A DNA stretch of 64,000 nt from Candidatus Multivoradales bacterium (GCA_965223325.1 CBDCWI010000002.1:1120001-1184000); one strand, 5' to 3'. Positions 1-8,585 are shown, counted from the stretch's first letter. The notes: generated by a model from the letters alone, not told the origin. Program-made: numbers and translations.

Positions 1-143
1 TCGGCACGCTCGAGAATCTCCCGCGCCTCTTGCTGCGCACCGTGCACCTGCCGGTCGATGACCTTGCCCACCACTGGCTGAGCGGTAGTGACCGGCACGG
101 CATCGTCCGGAACCGAACCGCTCTTGATGATCTTGCCGGCCAT
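1..143 (-). CDS. sctL: T3SS stator SctL (YscL/HrpE/FliH family), N-terminal part; runs off the window
   Basis: Hand translation from the ATG at 143 gives MAGKIIKSGSVPDDAVPVTTAQPVVGKVIDRQVHGAQQEAREILERA. The KIIK start and AxxEAxxILxxA helix are typical, and the gene occupies the J-K-L slot. Confidence 0.7.
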   Translation of the reverse strand, partial: MAGKIIKSGSVPDDAVPVTTAQPVVGKVIDRQVHGAQQEAREILERA

Positions 144-175
144 GCCCTGCTCTTCGAAGTCGCCCTGGGAGCGTC

Positions 176-1264
176 TCAGAAGATCTCCTCGTGCTGTGGC
201 TCCGGAGCGACAATGCCGGCGGCCACCAACTGACGGAGGTCGTAGCGCAGTTCGTCTTCGAACTGATCGGCGTCGACGGCTTCGACTCCCGGCACCTCGT
301 CGACAACCCCGCCGATCTGGGGCGGAAGCAGGAAACCGAGCCGCACCACCTCGGCGGTCGACAGCCGCGACGACCTCCTCGCCTGGACCACGAAGCGTTC
401 GAGCGCTAAACGCGCGCTGATCTCGGGACCTTCGAGACCATCGAGACGCGCACCATCAAAGCGCGCGAGCCAGCCAGCGGGGGGCGGGAAGCGTCGCTCT
501 CGTACCCGCTTCTTGACCTGTTCGCGATGACCTTCCGGGAGTGCGAACACCACCTCGGCAACCTGGTCGCGGGGTGCCTCGTAGGCGGCGGCCGCCACCG
601 CACGCAGACCGTGCAATTCGAGCGCCCGCCTGACCTGGTGGGGAGAGAGCGCCGTCAGGTGATGGAGGGCGCCATGGGGATCGTTCTCTCCCGGCAGCCG
701 ACGGGGATAGCAGAGACGGCGGGTCGCCTGGCGAACGAACCACGCTTCGAACCAGGGCGGCACTGGTGCCTTTGCGGTCCAGAAGATCCCCAGGTGGTCT
801 TCGACCGCCGGCCGGAGCTCCTGGGGAATCGTCGCCAGCGCCCAGCCGCGCAGAAGGGCATCCTCCGGTACCACCTCAGCGATCCAACCGGGCTCGACAG
901 CGCGCCACGGAAACTGCTGCAGCTGACGCTGGGCGAGTCGAACGAGGTGGTCGCGGGCGGCCGGGCCACGCGCTGCGACATCGGTGATCACCCGACCGGA
1001 AATGCCTCGCAGGATGGCGGGTGGAACTACCTCGGCCGAGGGTCGTTCCTCGACCACCGGCGCTTCATCATCGTTCTGTGGGGTGCCCTCCCCGGCCGGG
1101 TCCTCGGACTGAAGAGCGCCCGGGAGCTCGGCTGCGACCGGCACTTCGTCGGCAGAATGCTGCGGTTCGAGTTCCTGCAGAGGCTCTGCCACGAGAACGC
1201 CAGCGACCAGGCGCTGCCACGCCTCGCTCGCCGTCGCCGCTGCCTGCTGGTGATGGACGTGCAT
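176..1264 (-). CDS. Putative T3SS sorting-platform protein, SctK-like (362 aa)
   Basis: Lies between sctJ and sctL, the conserved SctK slot. Helical C-terminal region and an acidic, low-complexity N-terminal linker. Positional call only. Confidence 0.5.
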   Translation of the reverse strand: MHVHHQQAAATASEAWQRLVAGVLVAEPLQELEPQHSADEVPVAAELPGALQSEDPAGEGTPQNDDEAPVVEERPSAEVVPPAILRGISGRVITDVAARGPAARDHLVRLAQRQLQQFPWRAVEPGWIAEVVPEDALLRGWALATIPQELRPAVEDHLGIFWTAKAPVPPWFEAWFVRQATRRLCYPRRLPGENDPHGALHHLTALSPHQVRRALELHGLRAVAAAAYEAPRDQVAEVVFALPEGHREQVKKRVRERRFPPPAGWLARFDGARLDGLEGPEISARLALERFVVQARRSSRLSTAEVVRLGFLLPPQIGGVVDEVPGVEAVDADQFEDELRYDLRQLVAAGIVAPEPQHEEIF

Positions 1265-1269
1265 GGGAC

Positions 1270-2130
1270 TCAGGTGCCCTTGGCAGCAGCAGCGAGACGA
1301 CGCGTCTTGAGCTGGCGCTCGAGGCCTTCCTTTTCGATCCGCAGTTGGTCGTTGGCGCGCCCGCCCAGGAAGAGAAGAATCCCGAGGGCCAGGACGACGA
1401 CACAGATTCCGGCGCTCATCATCTTGAGTTTCGCCACCGAGCCGCTGTCGACCCGAAGGCCGAGAAAATCGACCAGGTCAGATGAGGTAACGGCGGCAGT
1501 CGACGCCCGCAGACCGGTCGAGACGGGCTTTAGAGTCACCGCCACGTCCCGCTCTTTGAGATCGGGCGCGGCATGCGAGAGCATCTTCTGGATCTCTTCG
1601 CGGGTGATCGGTAGCTGGCCGCCACGCGGCTGGTAGTGCACAAGCACCGTGGCGCGCGTATCGCCGAGCGGGCGGCCGTTGAAGTCCTTCTCGGGCAGCG
1701 CCAGGTGAACGCTCGCCAGGGTGACTCCGGCCACCGAACGAATGGTGCGCGCCAGGTCGTTTTGCAGCCCCACCAGGTAGCAACGCTGCTCGGTGGTCGG
1801 CGAAGGGATCATCGGCCCCTTCTTCATGCACTCTTCGAAGGTCAGGAGCGGCTCACCCGGCAGGCTGAGCTCTTCGAGCAAAGCCAGGGCACGGTCGCGA
1901 TCGGTGCCGGCGACCGAGATCGACCAGGTCTTGGCGTCGGGGTCGGTAAGTTCGCGCTTCGCCTGGATGTTCTGCGAATTGAGCGCGGTGATGACTTCGT
2001 TGGCCTGCGACTCGGTGAGGTCCTGCAAGATCGCCGTGTCACAGGCGACCAGAACCAGACTGAGGAACAGAAGGACGAAAAGCAAGAGGTATCGCCTTTC
2101 GCGAGCCACACGCGAGGGGGATCCGTTCAT
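1270..2130 (-). CDS. sctJ: T3SS inner-membrane ring lipoprotein SctJ (YscJ/HrcJ/PrgK)
   Basis: Lipobox LVAC, LTESQANEVITAL, IRSVAGVTLASVHLALPE, and a C-terminal TM helix with basic tail. At 286 aa it is too short for flagellar FliF. Confidence 0.92.
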   Translation of the reverse strand: MNGSPSRVARERRYLLLFVLLFLSLVLVACDTAILQDLTESQANEVITALNSQNIQAKRELTDPDAKTWSISVAGTDRDRALALLEELSLPGEPLLTFEECMKKGPMIPSPTTEQRCYLVGLQNDLARTIRSVAGVTLASVHLALPEKDFNGRPLGDTRATVLVHYQPRGGQLPITREEIQKMLSHAAPDLKERDVAVTLKPVSTGLRASTAAVTSSDLVDFLGLRVDSGSVAKLKMMSAGICVVVLALGILLFLGGRANDQLRIEKEGLERQLKTRRLAAAAKGT

Positions 2131-2206
2131 AGGGGTCAGAGCTGCCTTTCGATCTCCGGGGGGTTCTCAGTCGGACAGGGTTATCGTTCTTGGCTTCTTG
2201 AGGCTT

Positions 2207-2647
2207 CTAGATCTGCTGGGTGAGCAACTGCTTGACGTTCGAGACCACTTCCGAGATCACTCGGGTCGAGACCTGGAGGTTGACCGAGAGGTCGAACACT
2301 TCGCTCTGGACGGCCAGCAGCTCCTGGGCCGAGAAGGTCTTGCCAGACTGGAGGTCGTCGATCAACCCGCGCATGCGGACGTGGCCGGCCTGCACCTCGT
2401 CGAGGATCTGGCGAACTCCGTCGGCGTGCTCGGCCTGCTGCAGGCGCTCGGCGTAGAGACCTTCAACCGCACCGGCTTTTTCAGTCTGCTCCCGGGCAGC
2501 GATCTTGACCACGTCTTCCTGTTGCTGATCGCGTAGACCATCGAGGACCTGCTCGAACTCCTGCACCTTTTGTGGTGCCTGTTCGAGCATCTCCTGGCTT
2601 CCTCGATCGAGAAGGGCGTTGGCGCTCATGGCGGCTAGCTGGGACAT
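2207..2647 (-). CDS. sctI: T3SS inner rod protein SctI (YscI/HrpB2-like)
   Basis: C-terminus SAQELLAVQSEVFDLSVNLQVSTRVISEVVSNVKQLLTQQI fits the rod signature; directly upstream of sctJ. Confidence 0.8.
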   Translation of the reverse strand: MSQLAAMSANALLDRGSQEMLEQAPQKVQEFEQVLDGLRDQQQEDVVKIAAREQTEKAGAVEGLYAERLQQAEHADGVRQILDEVQAGHVRMRGLIDDLQSGKTFSAQELLAVQSEVFDLSVNLQVSTRVISEVVSNVKQLLTQQI

Positions 2648-2679
2648 TGTTCGCGTACTCCTTGGGGAATACTGGTCGT

Positions 2680-3069
2680 TCAGACCTTGTGGAACGAGCC
2701 GTCGCGGACAGCGACGTCGAGGGCACGAGCCATCGCTACCGCAGTCTCCTCGCGACCGCTCTCGATGACCTGGTTGAGCAGGCGCTCACCTTCGCGAAAG
2801 CGCTTCTGCAGAAGGAGCGACTCCGCCAGGCATGCCTTGGCGACGTCGCTGTCGGGGTCGGCTTCGACGGCGTTGCGGTAGAAGTTCTCAGCGCTCTGGA
2901 ACTGTCGGCGACCGACTTCGAGACCGCCGCGCAGGACGTAGGCCGACGAACTGGGTTCGAGCTCCACCAAACCGTCGAGCAGGACTTCCGAGTCGCTGAA
3001 GGCGGCCTGGGTACAGGCGAGGTACCCGAGCTCGGCGAGCAGAGTGGCATGTGAGGTGGATGTGGACAT
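2680..3069 (-). CDS. TPR needle chaperone, YscG/CdsG/HrpB1-like
   Basis: 129 aa with about 3 TPR-like helical hairpins (LLAELGYLA..., AYVLRGG..., AKACLAESLL); directly downstream of the needle-like gene. Confidence 0.65.
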   Translation of the reverse strand: MSTSTSHATLLAELGYLACTQAAFSDSEVLLDGLVELEPSSSAYVLRGGLEVGRRQFQSAENFYRNAVEADPDSDVAKACLAESLLLQKRFREGERLLNQVIESGREETAVAMARALDVAVRDGSFHKV

Positions 3070-3112
3070 GGTTGCGTCCTCTCTGTGGGGAAGCGAGAAG
3101 AGTGACAGGGGA

Positions 3113-3155
3113 AAGGAGCCCCCGTGGCCGGAGGTGCGCTCCGCGAAGGCTCCTT
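3113..3155 (-). terminator. Stem-loop directly downstream of the needle-like gene
   Basis: aaggagcc (3113-3120) pairs with ggctcctt (3148-3155), with further inner ggag/ctcc pairing. Confidence 0.5.
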
Positions 3156-3173
3156 ACTCTCGTCGACCGTTGC

Positions 3174-3380
3174 CTACTGGCCGGTCTTGCGAATGGCGTC
3201 CATTCGGGCGTCGTGCGTCGCCTTCTGGATGCTCGAGTTGAGCGCGAACATCTCGGCCATCATGTGCGTTCGACGCATGACGTCGAAGGCCTCCTTCATC
3301 GATTCGGCATAGGCCTCGGGGCTCTCTGCGCCCGCGGTTGGATCGGGGATCTCCGGGGTGTCTAGGTTGATCTCGGTCAT
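3174..3380 (-). CDS. Putative T3SS needle/pilus subunit, SctF-like (68 aa)
   Basis: AGGAG RBS before the ATG at 3380. Small helical protein ending NSSIQKATHDARMDAIRKTGQ. Sits in the YscE-F-G position. Confidence 0.6.
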   Translation of the reverse strand: MTEINLDTPEIPDPTAGAESPEAYAESMKEAFDVMRRTHMMAEMFALNSSIQKATHDARMDAIRKTGQ

Positions 3381-3483
3381 TGGTTGATCTCCTGCGGTGG
3401 GTTTCGTTGAATTGGTGCCTATCGAAAGGGTTCTTCCGAACGGCGGGAAAGTTGTTACACGCGCTGTGACACAGCGGCGGGTC

Positions 3484-3708
3484 TCAGGACCCGGCCTGTT
3501 CTCTGTAGAGGACCTCGAGCCATTCGGCAGCCTTTCGGAGTGCCGCCTGGGTCTTGACTCCCGGAGCGTTCTTCGCTGCCTGGAGAAGCCCATGGAGACG
3601 CTCTTGGAACTCGGCCTTCGGCAGGGCCAACCATTCCGAGACCTGTTCGAACTCGGCCAGGTCCAGGCCAGGGCGCTTCGATTCGTGGGTCAGGGTCTTC
3701 ATGGTCAT
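3484..3708 (-). CDS. Small helical protein, putative YscE/CdsE-like needle co-chaperone (74 aa)
   Basis: AGGAG RBS; size and position just upstream of the needle-like gene. Sequence similarity is not recognisable by eye. Confidence 0.4.
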   Translation of the reverse strand: MTMKTLTHESKRPGLDLAEFEQVSEWLALPKAEFQERLHGLLQAAKNAPGVKTQAALRKAAEWLEVLYREQAGS

Positions 3709-3711
3709 CTC

Positions 3712-4218
3712 CTACACCTTCTTGGGAGTCACGGGAGCCGCAACCTGCCCAGTTGTTTCGGCGACCGCCACCAGGGCCCGGGCCCGATTGGCGTGCGGAT
3801 CGCGTCCTTGCGGATCGAGGTCACTGGCCTTCTGCAGCTCTCGTAAGCCACCCTCGAGGTCACCGGCCTGCAACATCAGCTCGCCGAGGTAGGTGAGCGC
3901 CGCGACATCCTGGGGATCGATCGCTAGCGTGTGCTCAAAACTCGCGCGGGCTTCATCGAGGCGATCGAGACGCATGTAGAGCGCCCCGAGACAGCAGTGG
4001 AAGTAGGCGTTGTCTGCTTCGAGCTCGACCAGGCCCTCGAAGATCTGGCACGGCTCGAGCACCTTGCCACTCTCAGCCAGTTGGCGCGCGTACATGCCCA
4101 TGGCCTTCCGCTCATCGCCCTCGAAGCCAAAGGCCTCGACGACGCTCCCGTACTTGCTGTGCATCTTCTCGAGGAGGGCGAGGGCCTTCTGCGCTTGATC
4201 GTCGGTCTGGGATGACAC
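3712..4218 (-). CDS. T3SS class II (translocator) chaperone, SycD/LcrH family TPR protein
   Basis: GTG start at 4218 with a CAGGAG RBS. Three TPRs (IFEGLVELEADNAYFHCCLGALY; LTYLGELMLQAG) and a C-terminal DP...ANRARAL. Confidence 0.8.
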   Translation of the reverse strand: MSSQTDDQAQKALALLEKMHSKYGSVVEAFGFEGDERKAMGMYARQLAESGKVLEPCQIFEGLVELEADNAYFHCCLGALYMRLDRLDEARASFEHTLAIDPQDVAALTYLGELMLQAGDLEGGLRELQKASDLDPQGRDPHANRARALVAVAETTGQVAAPVTPKKV

Positions 4219-4263
4219 GGGGTTTGCTCCTGGGTGAGTCGCGAGGGTTTGAAATCGGGGTGA

Positions 4264-4292
4264 GCGCGGCGGCCGAAAAAGGGCCACCGCGC
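4264..4292 (-). terminator. GC-rich stem-loop downstream of the 198-aa secreted-protein gene
   Basis: Minus strand reads gcgcggtggcc-ctttttc-ggccgccgcgc, an 11 bp stem with one G-U pair. Confidence 0.55.
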
Positions 4293-4304
4293 CCCGGTTG
4301 TGAT

Positions 4305-4901
4305 CTACGAGATCTTCGCGATCGTCCTCATGATGCTGTCGTGGACCATCTTGCTGATCTCGGTCATCATTGCGGACAGTTGCGTCAGGCGTTGCAACTT
4401 CGTCCGGATCTTGTCGGCCTCTTCCGAGCTCAGATTGCCCTTGTCGAGCTGCGCATAGAGGTCGTCGATCTGGGCGAAGACTGACTTGCCGCTCGACGAG
4501 GTGTTCGTGGTTCCCGAACTGCTCGAGGTCGGCTTGTCGTCGGCCTTCTTGTCCTCGGAACCGCCTCCCCCGTTCTTCTGTTTGTCGAGCCCCTCGAGGT
4601 CCTCGGAGAACTCGTCTTCGACCGCGGCGACCCTCTGGAAGGAGCCATCGAGCCCAGCGCCGAACTGGTCGCTCGAAAGAGCGTTGGGGTCGGCCGGCAG
4701 CTGACCGCGCTCGGCGACCCTGTCGTTGCCTGCCACGTCAGCGGTGAGGGTGGTCGGTTGGTGAGTCTCGAACTGGGTCGAGTAATCGGCGTCGTTCTTG
4801 GTGGACGTGGTCTCGGTGGTGGTGCTGTCCTGGGACCGCTTGATCACCGGCTGTTGGATGGGGCTCTGGCCCCCTGTTGACTGAATCATTTCTTCGTTCA
4901 T
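4305..4901 (-). CDS. Putative T3SS-secreted filament/tip protein (198 aa)
   Basis: S/T/Q-rich disordered N-terminus. C-terminal helix LQRLTQLSAMMTEISKMVHDSIMRTIAKIS resembles the polymerisation helix of needle/EspA/Bsp22-type subunits. Confidence 0.55.
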   Translation of the reverse strand: MNEEMIQSTGGQSPIQQPVIKRSQDSTTTETTSTKNDADYSTQFETHQPTTLTADVAGNDRVAERGQLPADPNALSSDQFGAGLDGSFQRVAAVEDEFSEDLEGLDKQKNGGGGSEDKKADDKPTSSSSGTTNTSSSGKSVFAQIDDLYAQLDKGNLSSEEADKIRTKLQRLTQLSAMMTEISKMVHDSIMRTIAKIS

Positions 4902-4935
4902 CTCCGTGGTGCTCCTGACCCGGGGAGGGTCGTAG

Positions 4936-4944
4936 ATTGTACCA
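4936..4944 (-). promoter_or_regulatory. Extended -10 promoter element (TGgTACAAT) for the T3SS structural operon
   Basis: Minus-strand TGGTACAAT in an unusually AT-rich patch about 35 bp upstream of the ATG at 4901. No consensus -35. Confidence 0.4.
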
Positions 4945-5005
4945 AATAGGTCGTTTAATTAGTTTTTCGACGAAATCGAACGACTGTGAACCGCTGCAAG
5001 AGGCC

Positions 5006-6343
5006 TCAAGCCGCCGAGGCCAGGTCGGAGGCTGAGTCGGAGCCGCTCTGGGCTCCTTCCTTGCCTTCGGCTGCCTTCTCTTCTGCTTCTTTCCGCATCT
5101 CTTCGATTTCGTTACGGGTCTGGTCGTCGAGAATCTGCGTCAGCACGTCTCCAAGGAGTGGCAGGGCGCTCTCGGCGTTGCCGTTCTTGATCAGTGCAAC
5201 CGCGGTATCGACCTTGGCGACGGTCACCACGAGCTCCTCGAGCTTGGCGCGGGTTTCGGGCTCGGTCCACACCGCAGCGCTACCGGCGAGGTAGGCGGCC
5301 GCCTGGCCCCAGTCCTTTTCCTGCAGGGCGGCATAGCCACCCGCAACACGGTTCAGACCGAGGGTGATGCGCTCGAGAGTTTCCGAGGCCTCACCATCGG
5401 TGACCTGGGCGGCGGTGTTGGCGAACTGCACGGCAGCGCCCATGTAGTCGCCGGTCTCCAGGGAGTACTTGACTCCCCGGAGGCCAGCGGCGCCGGTTTC
5501 GACCTTCGACAGCGCGGCGTCGAGCTCGGCGTTGTTCGAAATATCGCCCGCGAGGCCAGCACCAACGCTCACCGCGCCGAGCCAGTCGCCGTTCTTGGCG
5601 GCGTTGTAGGCGCGAGCGCCGGTCTCGACGCGCTGGGCCCAGGTCGAGACCTGCTCGAGGCCAGCGGCGACCTTCTCCATTCCGGAGGCTGCAGCACCGG
5701 CACCGAAGGCACCCGCACCGGCCGCGATCGCGCCCAGCCAGTTGCCGTCCTTAGCCTGCTGAATCGCCTTGAGAGCCGACTGGGCGTAGCGTGCGTACTG
5801 GGCCACCTTGGTGGCAACCTGCGCCGCCGCACTCACGGCCGAACCGGCCGCGGCCGCAGCACCAGCGGTGAAGGCACTGGCAATGGCAAGCGCCGCACCA
5901 ACGAAGTCCTTCTCGACGATGGCCTTGTAGGCCGCCAGCGCCGCCAGGCCAATCGCACCAATGACGTTGAGGCCCGGGATGAGCATCATGATGGCGAACA
6001 GGAAGGGCGCGATCTTGAGGAAGATCTTGAAGCCCTTCTTGAAGGCCTTGCCGAGCTTCTTCCAGAAGCCACCGCGCTTCTTCTTCTTGGACCTCTCGGG
6101 CTCGTCGGCCGGCTTGGCTTCCGTGGTGGAAGTCGTCGACGTGGTCTTTGTACTCTCGGCCTTGGTGGCCGCGCTCGAATGCGCCGCAGCAGTCGCGATG
6201 TCTTTGAGCCAATTGGCGTCTTTCGACGTCGCGAACTCATCCACCGTCGGCTGGTGCTGTGTGGACACAGTCTGCGACGACGGAGAACTCGGGCTCCGGT
6301 ATTGAGTGGCGGGTGCCGAACTCTGGTTGTTGACCTGGGGCAT
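5006..6343 (-). CDS. Putative T3SS translocator / membrane-active secreted protein (445 aa)
   Basis: S/T-rich N-terminus, then a KKKKRGGFWKKLGK basic motif, a long hydrophobic stretch and Ala/Gly-rich helical repeats. A SycD-type chaperone is encoded two genes downstream. GGAGG RBS. Confidence 0.6.
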   Translation of the reverse strand: MPQVNNQSSAPATQYRSPSSPSSQTVSTQHQPTVDEFATSKDANWLKDIATAAAHSSAATKAESTKTTSTTSTTEAKPADEPERSKKKKRGGFWKKLGKAFKKGFKIFLKIAPFLFAIMMLIPGLNVIGAIGLAALAAYKAIVEKDFVGAALAIASAFTAGAAAAAGSAVSAAAQVATKVAQYARYAQSALKAIQQAKDGNWLGAIAAGAGAFGAGAAASGMEKVAAGLEQVSTWAQRVETGARAYNAAKNGDWLGAVSVGAGLAGDISNNAELDAALSKVETGAAGLRGVKYSLETGDYMGAAVQFANTAAQVTDGEASETLERITLGLNRVAGGYAALQEKDWGQAAAYLAGSAAVWTEPETRAKLEELVVTVAKVDTAVALIKNGNAESALPLLGDVLTQILDDQTRNEIEEMRKEAEEKAAEGKEGAQSGSDSASDLASAA

Positions 6344-6568
6344 GGGAAGTTCCTCCGAAAGGAAGGGATTGAAAATGTGACTGCCAGAGACCAGGCGCCT
6401 CTTACCAGCCGTTCAAAACCATTGGAGTCCCGACCCACCACCTTTTCCCCCAGTGAACCGAATAGAGCGATAGCTCCACCGGAAATGGACGGTGGCTCTT
6501 CTCCCATCCGCCACTTTTTCGGCCGACGGCTCCCCCCCCGAAGGTGTCAGACACTTTCGACAGCCGTT

Positions 6569-7255
6569 CTAGCGGCTGCGGCCTACTCCGATCTTGGGGC
6601 ACCGCTTCTCCACGGGGCACTTCGAGCACCATGGACTCAGCGGTCGGCAGATCTGTTGGCCGAAACTCACCAGTAGGGGGTTCAGCTCCTGCCAATACCG
6701 CTTCGGCAGCCGCTTGCGGAGGACTCGCTCGGTCTCCGTTGGATCGCCTGTATCGAGGTATCCCCAGAGGTTCGTGATGCGATGAACGTGCGTGTCGACG
6801 CAGATCGCATCCTCGCGAAAGGCTTCTGTCATCACCAGGTTGGCCGTCTTTCGACCAACCCCCGGAAGCTCCACCAGCTCCTCGATCGTCGCCGGCACCC
6901 GGCCTTCGAAGCGCTCGAGCAACATCGCCCCTAGCCGCTTCAGATTGCGTGCCTTGGTCTTGTAGAAGCCGACCGGGTAGATCAGCTTCTCGATGCGCGT
7001 GGGCCGCATTCTCGCGAGAGTTCTGGCATCAGGCGCTACCGCGAACAGGCGCTCCGACGCCGCCGCCGTGGTTTCGTCTTTGGTGCGCGCTGAAAGAACC
7101 GTCGATACCAGAACCTTGAACGGGTCCTGCTCGGCCATGGCAATGAGAGAAACCACCGGCGGCTGTGAGCCGGCGGTGGCCTCTCGCACCGCCCTGAGCA
7201 TCGACGGCAGACGACGGTTATCGATTCGGCCTGGGCTACTGGTGCTGCTAGCCAC
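6569..7255 (-). CDS. nth: Endonuclease III (HhH-GPD glycosylase with 4Fe-4S cluster)
   Basis: Motifs LPGVGRKTAN, VDTHVHR and C-x6-C-x2-C-x5-C. The likely GTG start at 7255 overlaps the upstream stop. Confidence 0.93.
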   Translation of the reverse strand: MASSTSSPGRIDNRRLPSMLRAVREATAGSQPPVVSLIAMAEQDPFKVLVSTVLSARTKDETTAAASERLFAVAPDARTLARMRPTRIEKLIYPVGFYKTKARNLKRLGAMLLERFEGRVPATIEELVELPGVGRKTANLVMTEAFREDAICVDTHVHRITNLWGYLDTGDPTETERVLRKRLPKRYWQELNPLLVSFGQQICRPLSPWCSKCPVEKRCPKIGVGRSR

Positions 7256-8474
7256 CAGCGCCGGAGGGCGTCTCGGAGGCCACCTCGCGGTACACCGCAT
7301 CGGCACACGCAAGACAGTGCACGTCATCGACCTCTTCGCCGGCCGCCAGGGCTGCGACCCAGTCACGAATGCTCACCCCGTCGGCTTCGAGCGTGTAGAA
7401 CTCGGGGCGACCGAGAATCGTGTGCTCTCCCCCGCCGGCGACGAAGCTCTTGAAGTTCGGCACTGCCGTACGGATGTCGTTCTGATTGGCATCGAGTAGC
7501 GGCAGGAGGGATGGTGCCTCCTGCCCGCCGAGCGCCAGGAACCTGAGCTGCACGGCGTCTTCGGCATTGTCGAAGGCGGCGAAGGAGACGTCAGGGTGGG
7601 CCTTCGCCGCGGCGATATAGAGCGCCTCCCAGCTCATCGTCTCGCCGTCAATGCCCTGGAAGTGCGGCTCAGAGTCGATCGCATCGAGTGTCCCCCAGGG
7701 CTCCCAGGGAGTCGAGTCGCTCAGGCGACGGTAGCCGCCGCTACCATCTCCAAGCTGCTCCACACGGGCCGCAGGCCACTGTTCCTTGACGTGTGCCGCG
7801 TAGTACGGCGACGGGATCGAGCCAGCACTCGAACCCGTGACGAACACCGTTTCGGGCGAGAAGTTCGCAAAAGCCCATTCGAGCGCGGTCATGCCGTTCT
7901 TGTGGCCGCGATGTTCTATCGTCACCTGGTGAGCGGCCGGATCGGCGCCCTCTTTGACCTCGGCACCCTCGGGAAGCGCCGCAACATCGTAGGTCTTCGT
8001 CTGGTCGCCGAGATGCACGTCGCCCGTGCAGTAAGGCACGAAAACCATGCTGTAGTCCGCGAACGGGTTCTCTGGATGGTCGAGGGCGAAGATACCGTTG
8101 CCCTTCGCGGGATCATCGTTCGCCATGTCGACCTTGTAGCTGCCCACGCGCCCGGTATCGCAGGTCGCACCGGTCCAGCAGCCGCCGCCACCCTGGAAGT
8201 AGACCAAGAGCTTCTCGGGATTGGCGCGGCGGGCGAAGAAGGCGAAGTCGGAGCCGTCGGAGCAGGTCGTCCCGTCTTCGACATCGACGGTGTTCCAGGT
8301 GCCCTCTGTGAAGTCTGCGATCACCGGCAGGCCCGAGACCACGGCTTGGGACGACTCGCTATCTGCCTCGTAGGCCGCGTCGCCGGAGCAGCCGGCTAGA
8401 ACCAGGGCGGTGAGCGCGAAGAGAGCCGTGTTGAACAGGCCGAGCGAGCGGCGGGTAGCGAGAGTGGGCTTCAT
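7248..8474 (-). CDS. Pectinacetylesterase/Notum-family hydrolase, lipoprotein
   Basis: Lipobox LAGC and motifs CSDGS, YFQGGGGCW, VPYCTGDVHLG and GSSAG nucleophile elbow. GGAGG RBS before the ATG at 8474. Confidence 0.85.
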   Translation of the reverse strand: MKPTLATRRSLGLFNTALFALTALVLAGCSGDAAYEADSESSQAVVSGLPVIADFTEGTWNTVDVEDGTTCSDGSDFAFFARRANPEKLLVYFQGGGGCWTGATCDTGRVGSYKVDMANDDPAKGNGIFALDHPENPFADYSMVFVPYCTGDVHLGDQTKTYDVAALPEGAEVKEGADPAAHQVTIEHRGHKNGMTALEWAFANFSPETVFVTGSSAGSIPSPYYAAHVKEQWPAARVEQLGDGSGGYRRLSDSTPWEPWGTLDAIDSEPHFQGIDGETMSWEALYIAAAKAHPDVSFAAFDNAEDAVQLRFLALGGQEAPSLLPLLDANQNDIRTAVPNFKSFVAGGGEHTILGRPEFYTLEADGVSIRDWVAALAAGEEVDDVHCLACADAVYREVASETPSGAGG

Positions 8475-8585
8475 GGTCATCCTCCACAAGGAAACTGTCG
8501 GTGGTCGAGCACCGCACCTGGTTGGGGCGCAACGTTCAAGACGACGCGCGGAGTCTTCTTCGATCGAGGTCAGGGTCGACCCATC

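Noticed and set aside
1270-2130. Flagellar FliF / flagellar cluster
   Set aside because: The protein has a lipobox and only 286 aa, and its neighbours are SctI- and SycD-like; no flagellar genes are present.
3381-3593. 139 aa extended version of the needle ORF, and the 4287 start for the SycD gene
   Set aside because: The extensions overlap the 74 aa gene or a stem-loop; good RBS sequences support starts at 3380 and 4218.
6344-6568. sigma54, hrp-box or PIP-box promoter upstream of the T3SS
   Set aside because: CTGGCAGTCACATTTTC lacks the -12 GC, and the TTCG pairs in T3SS intergenic regions do not have PIP-box spacing.
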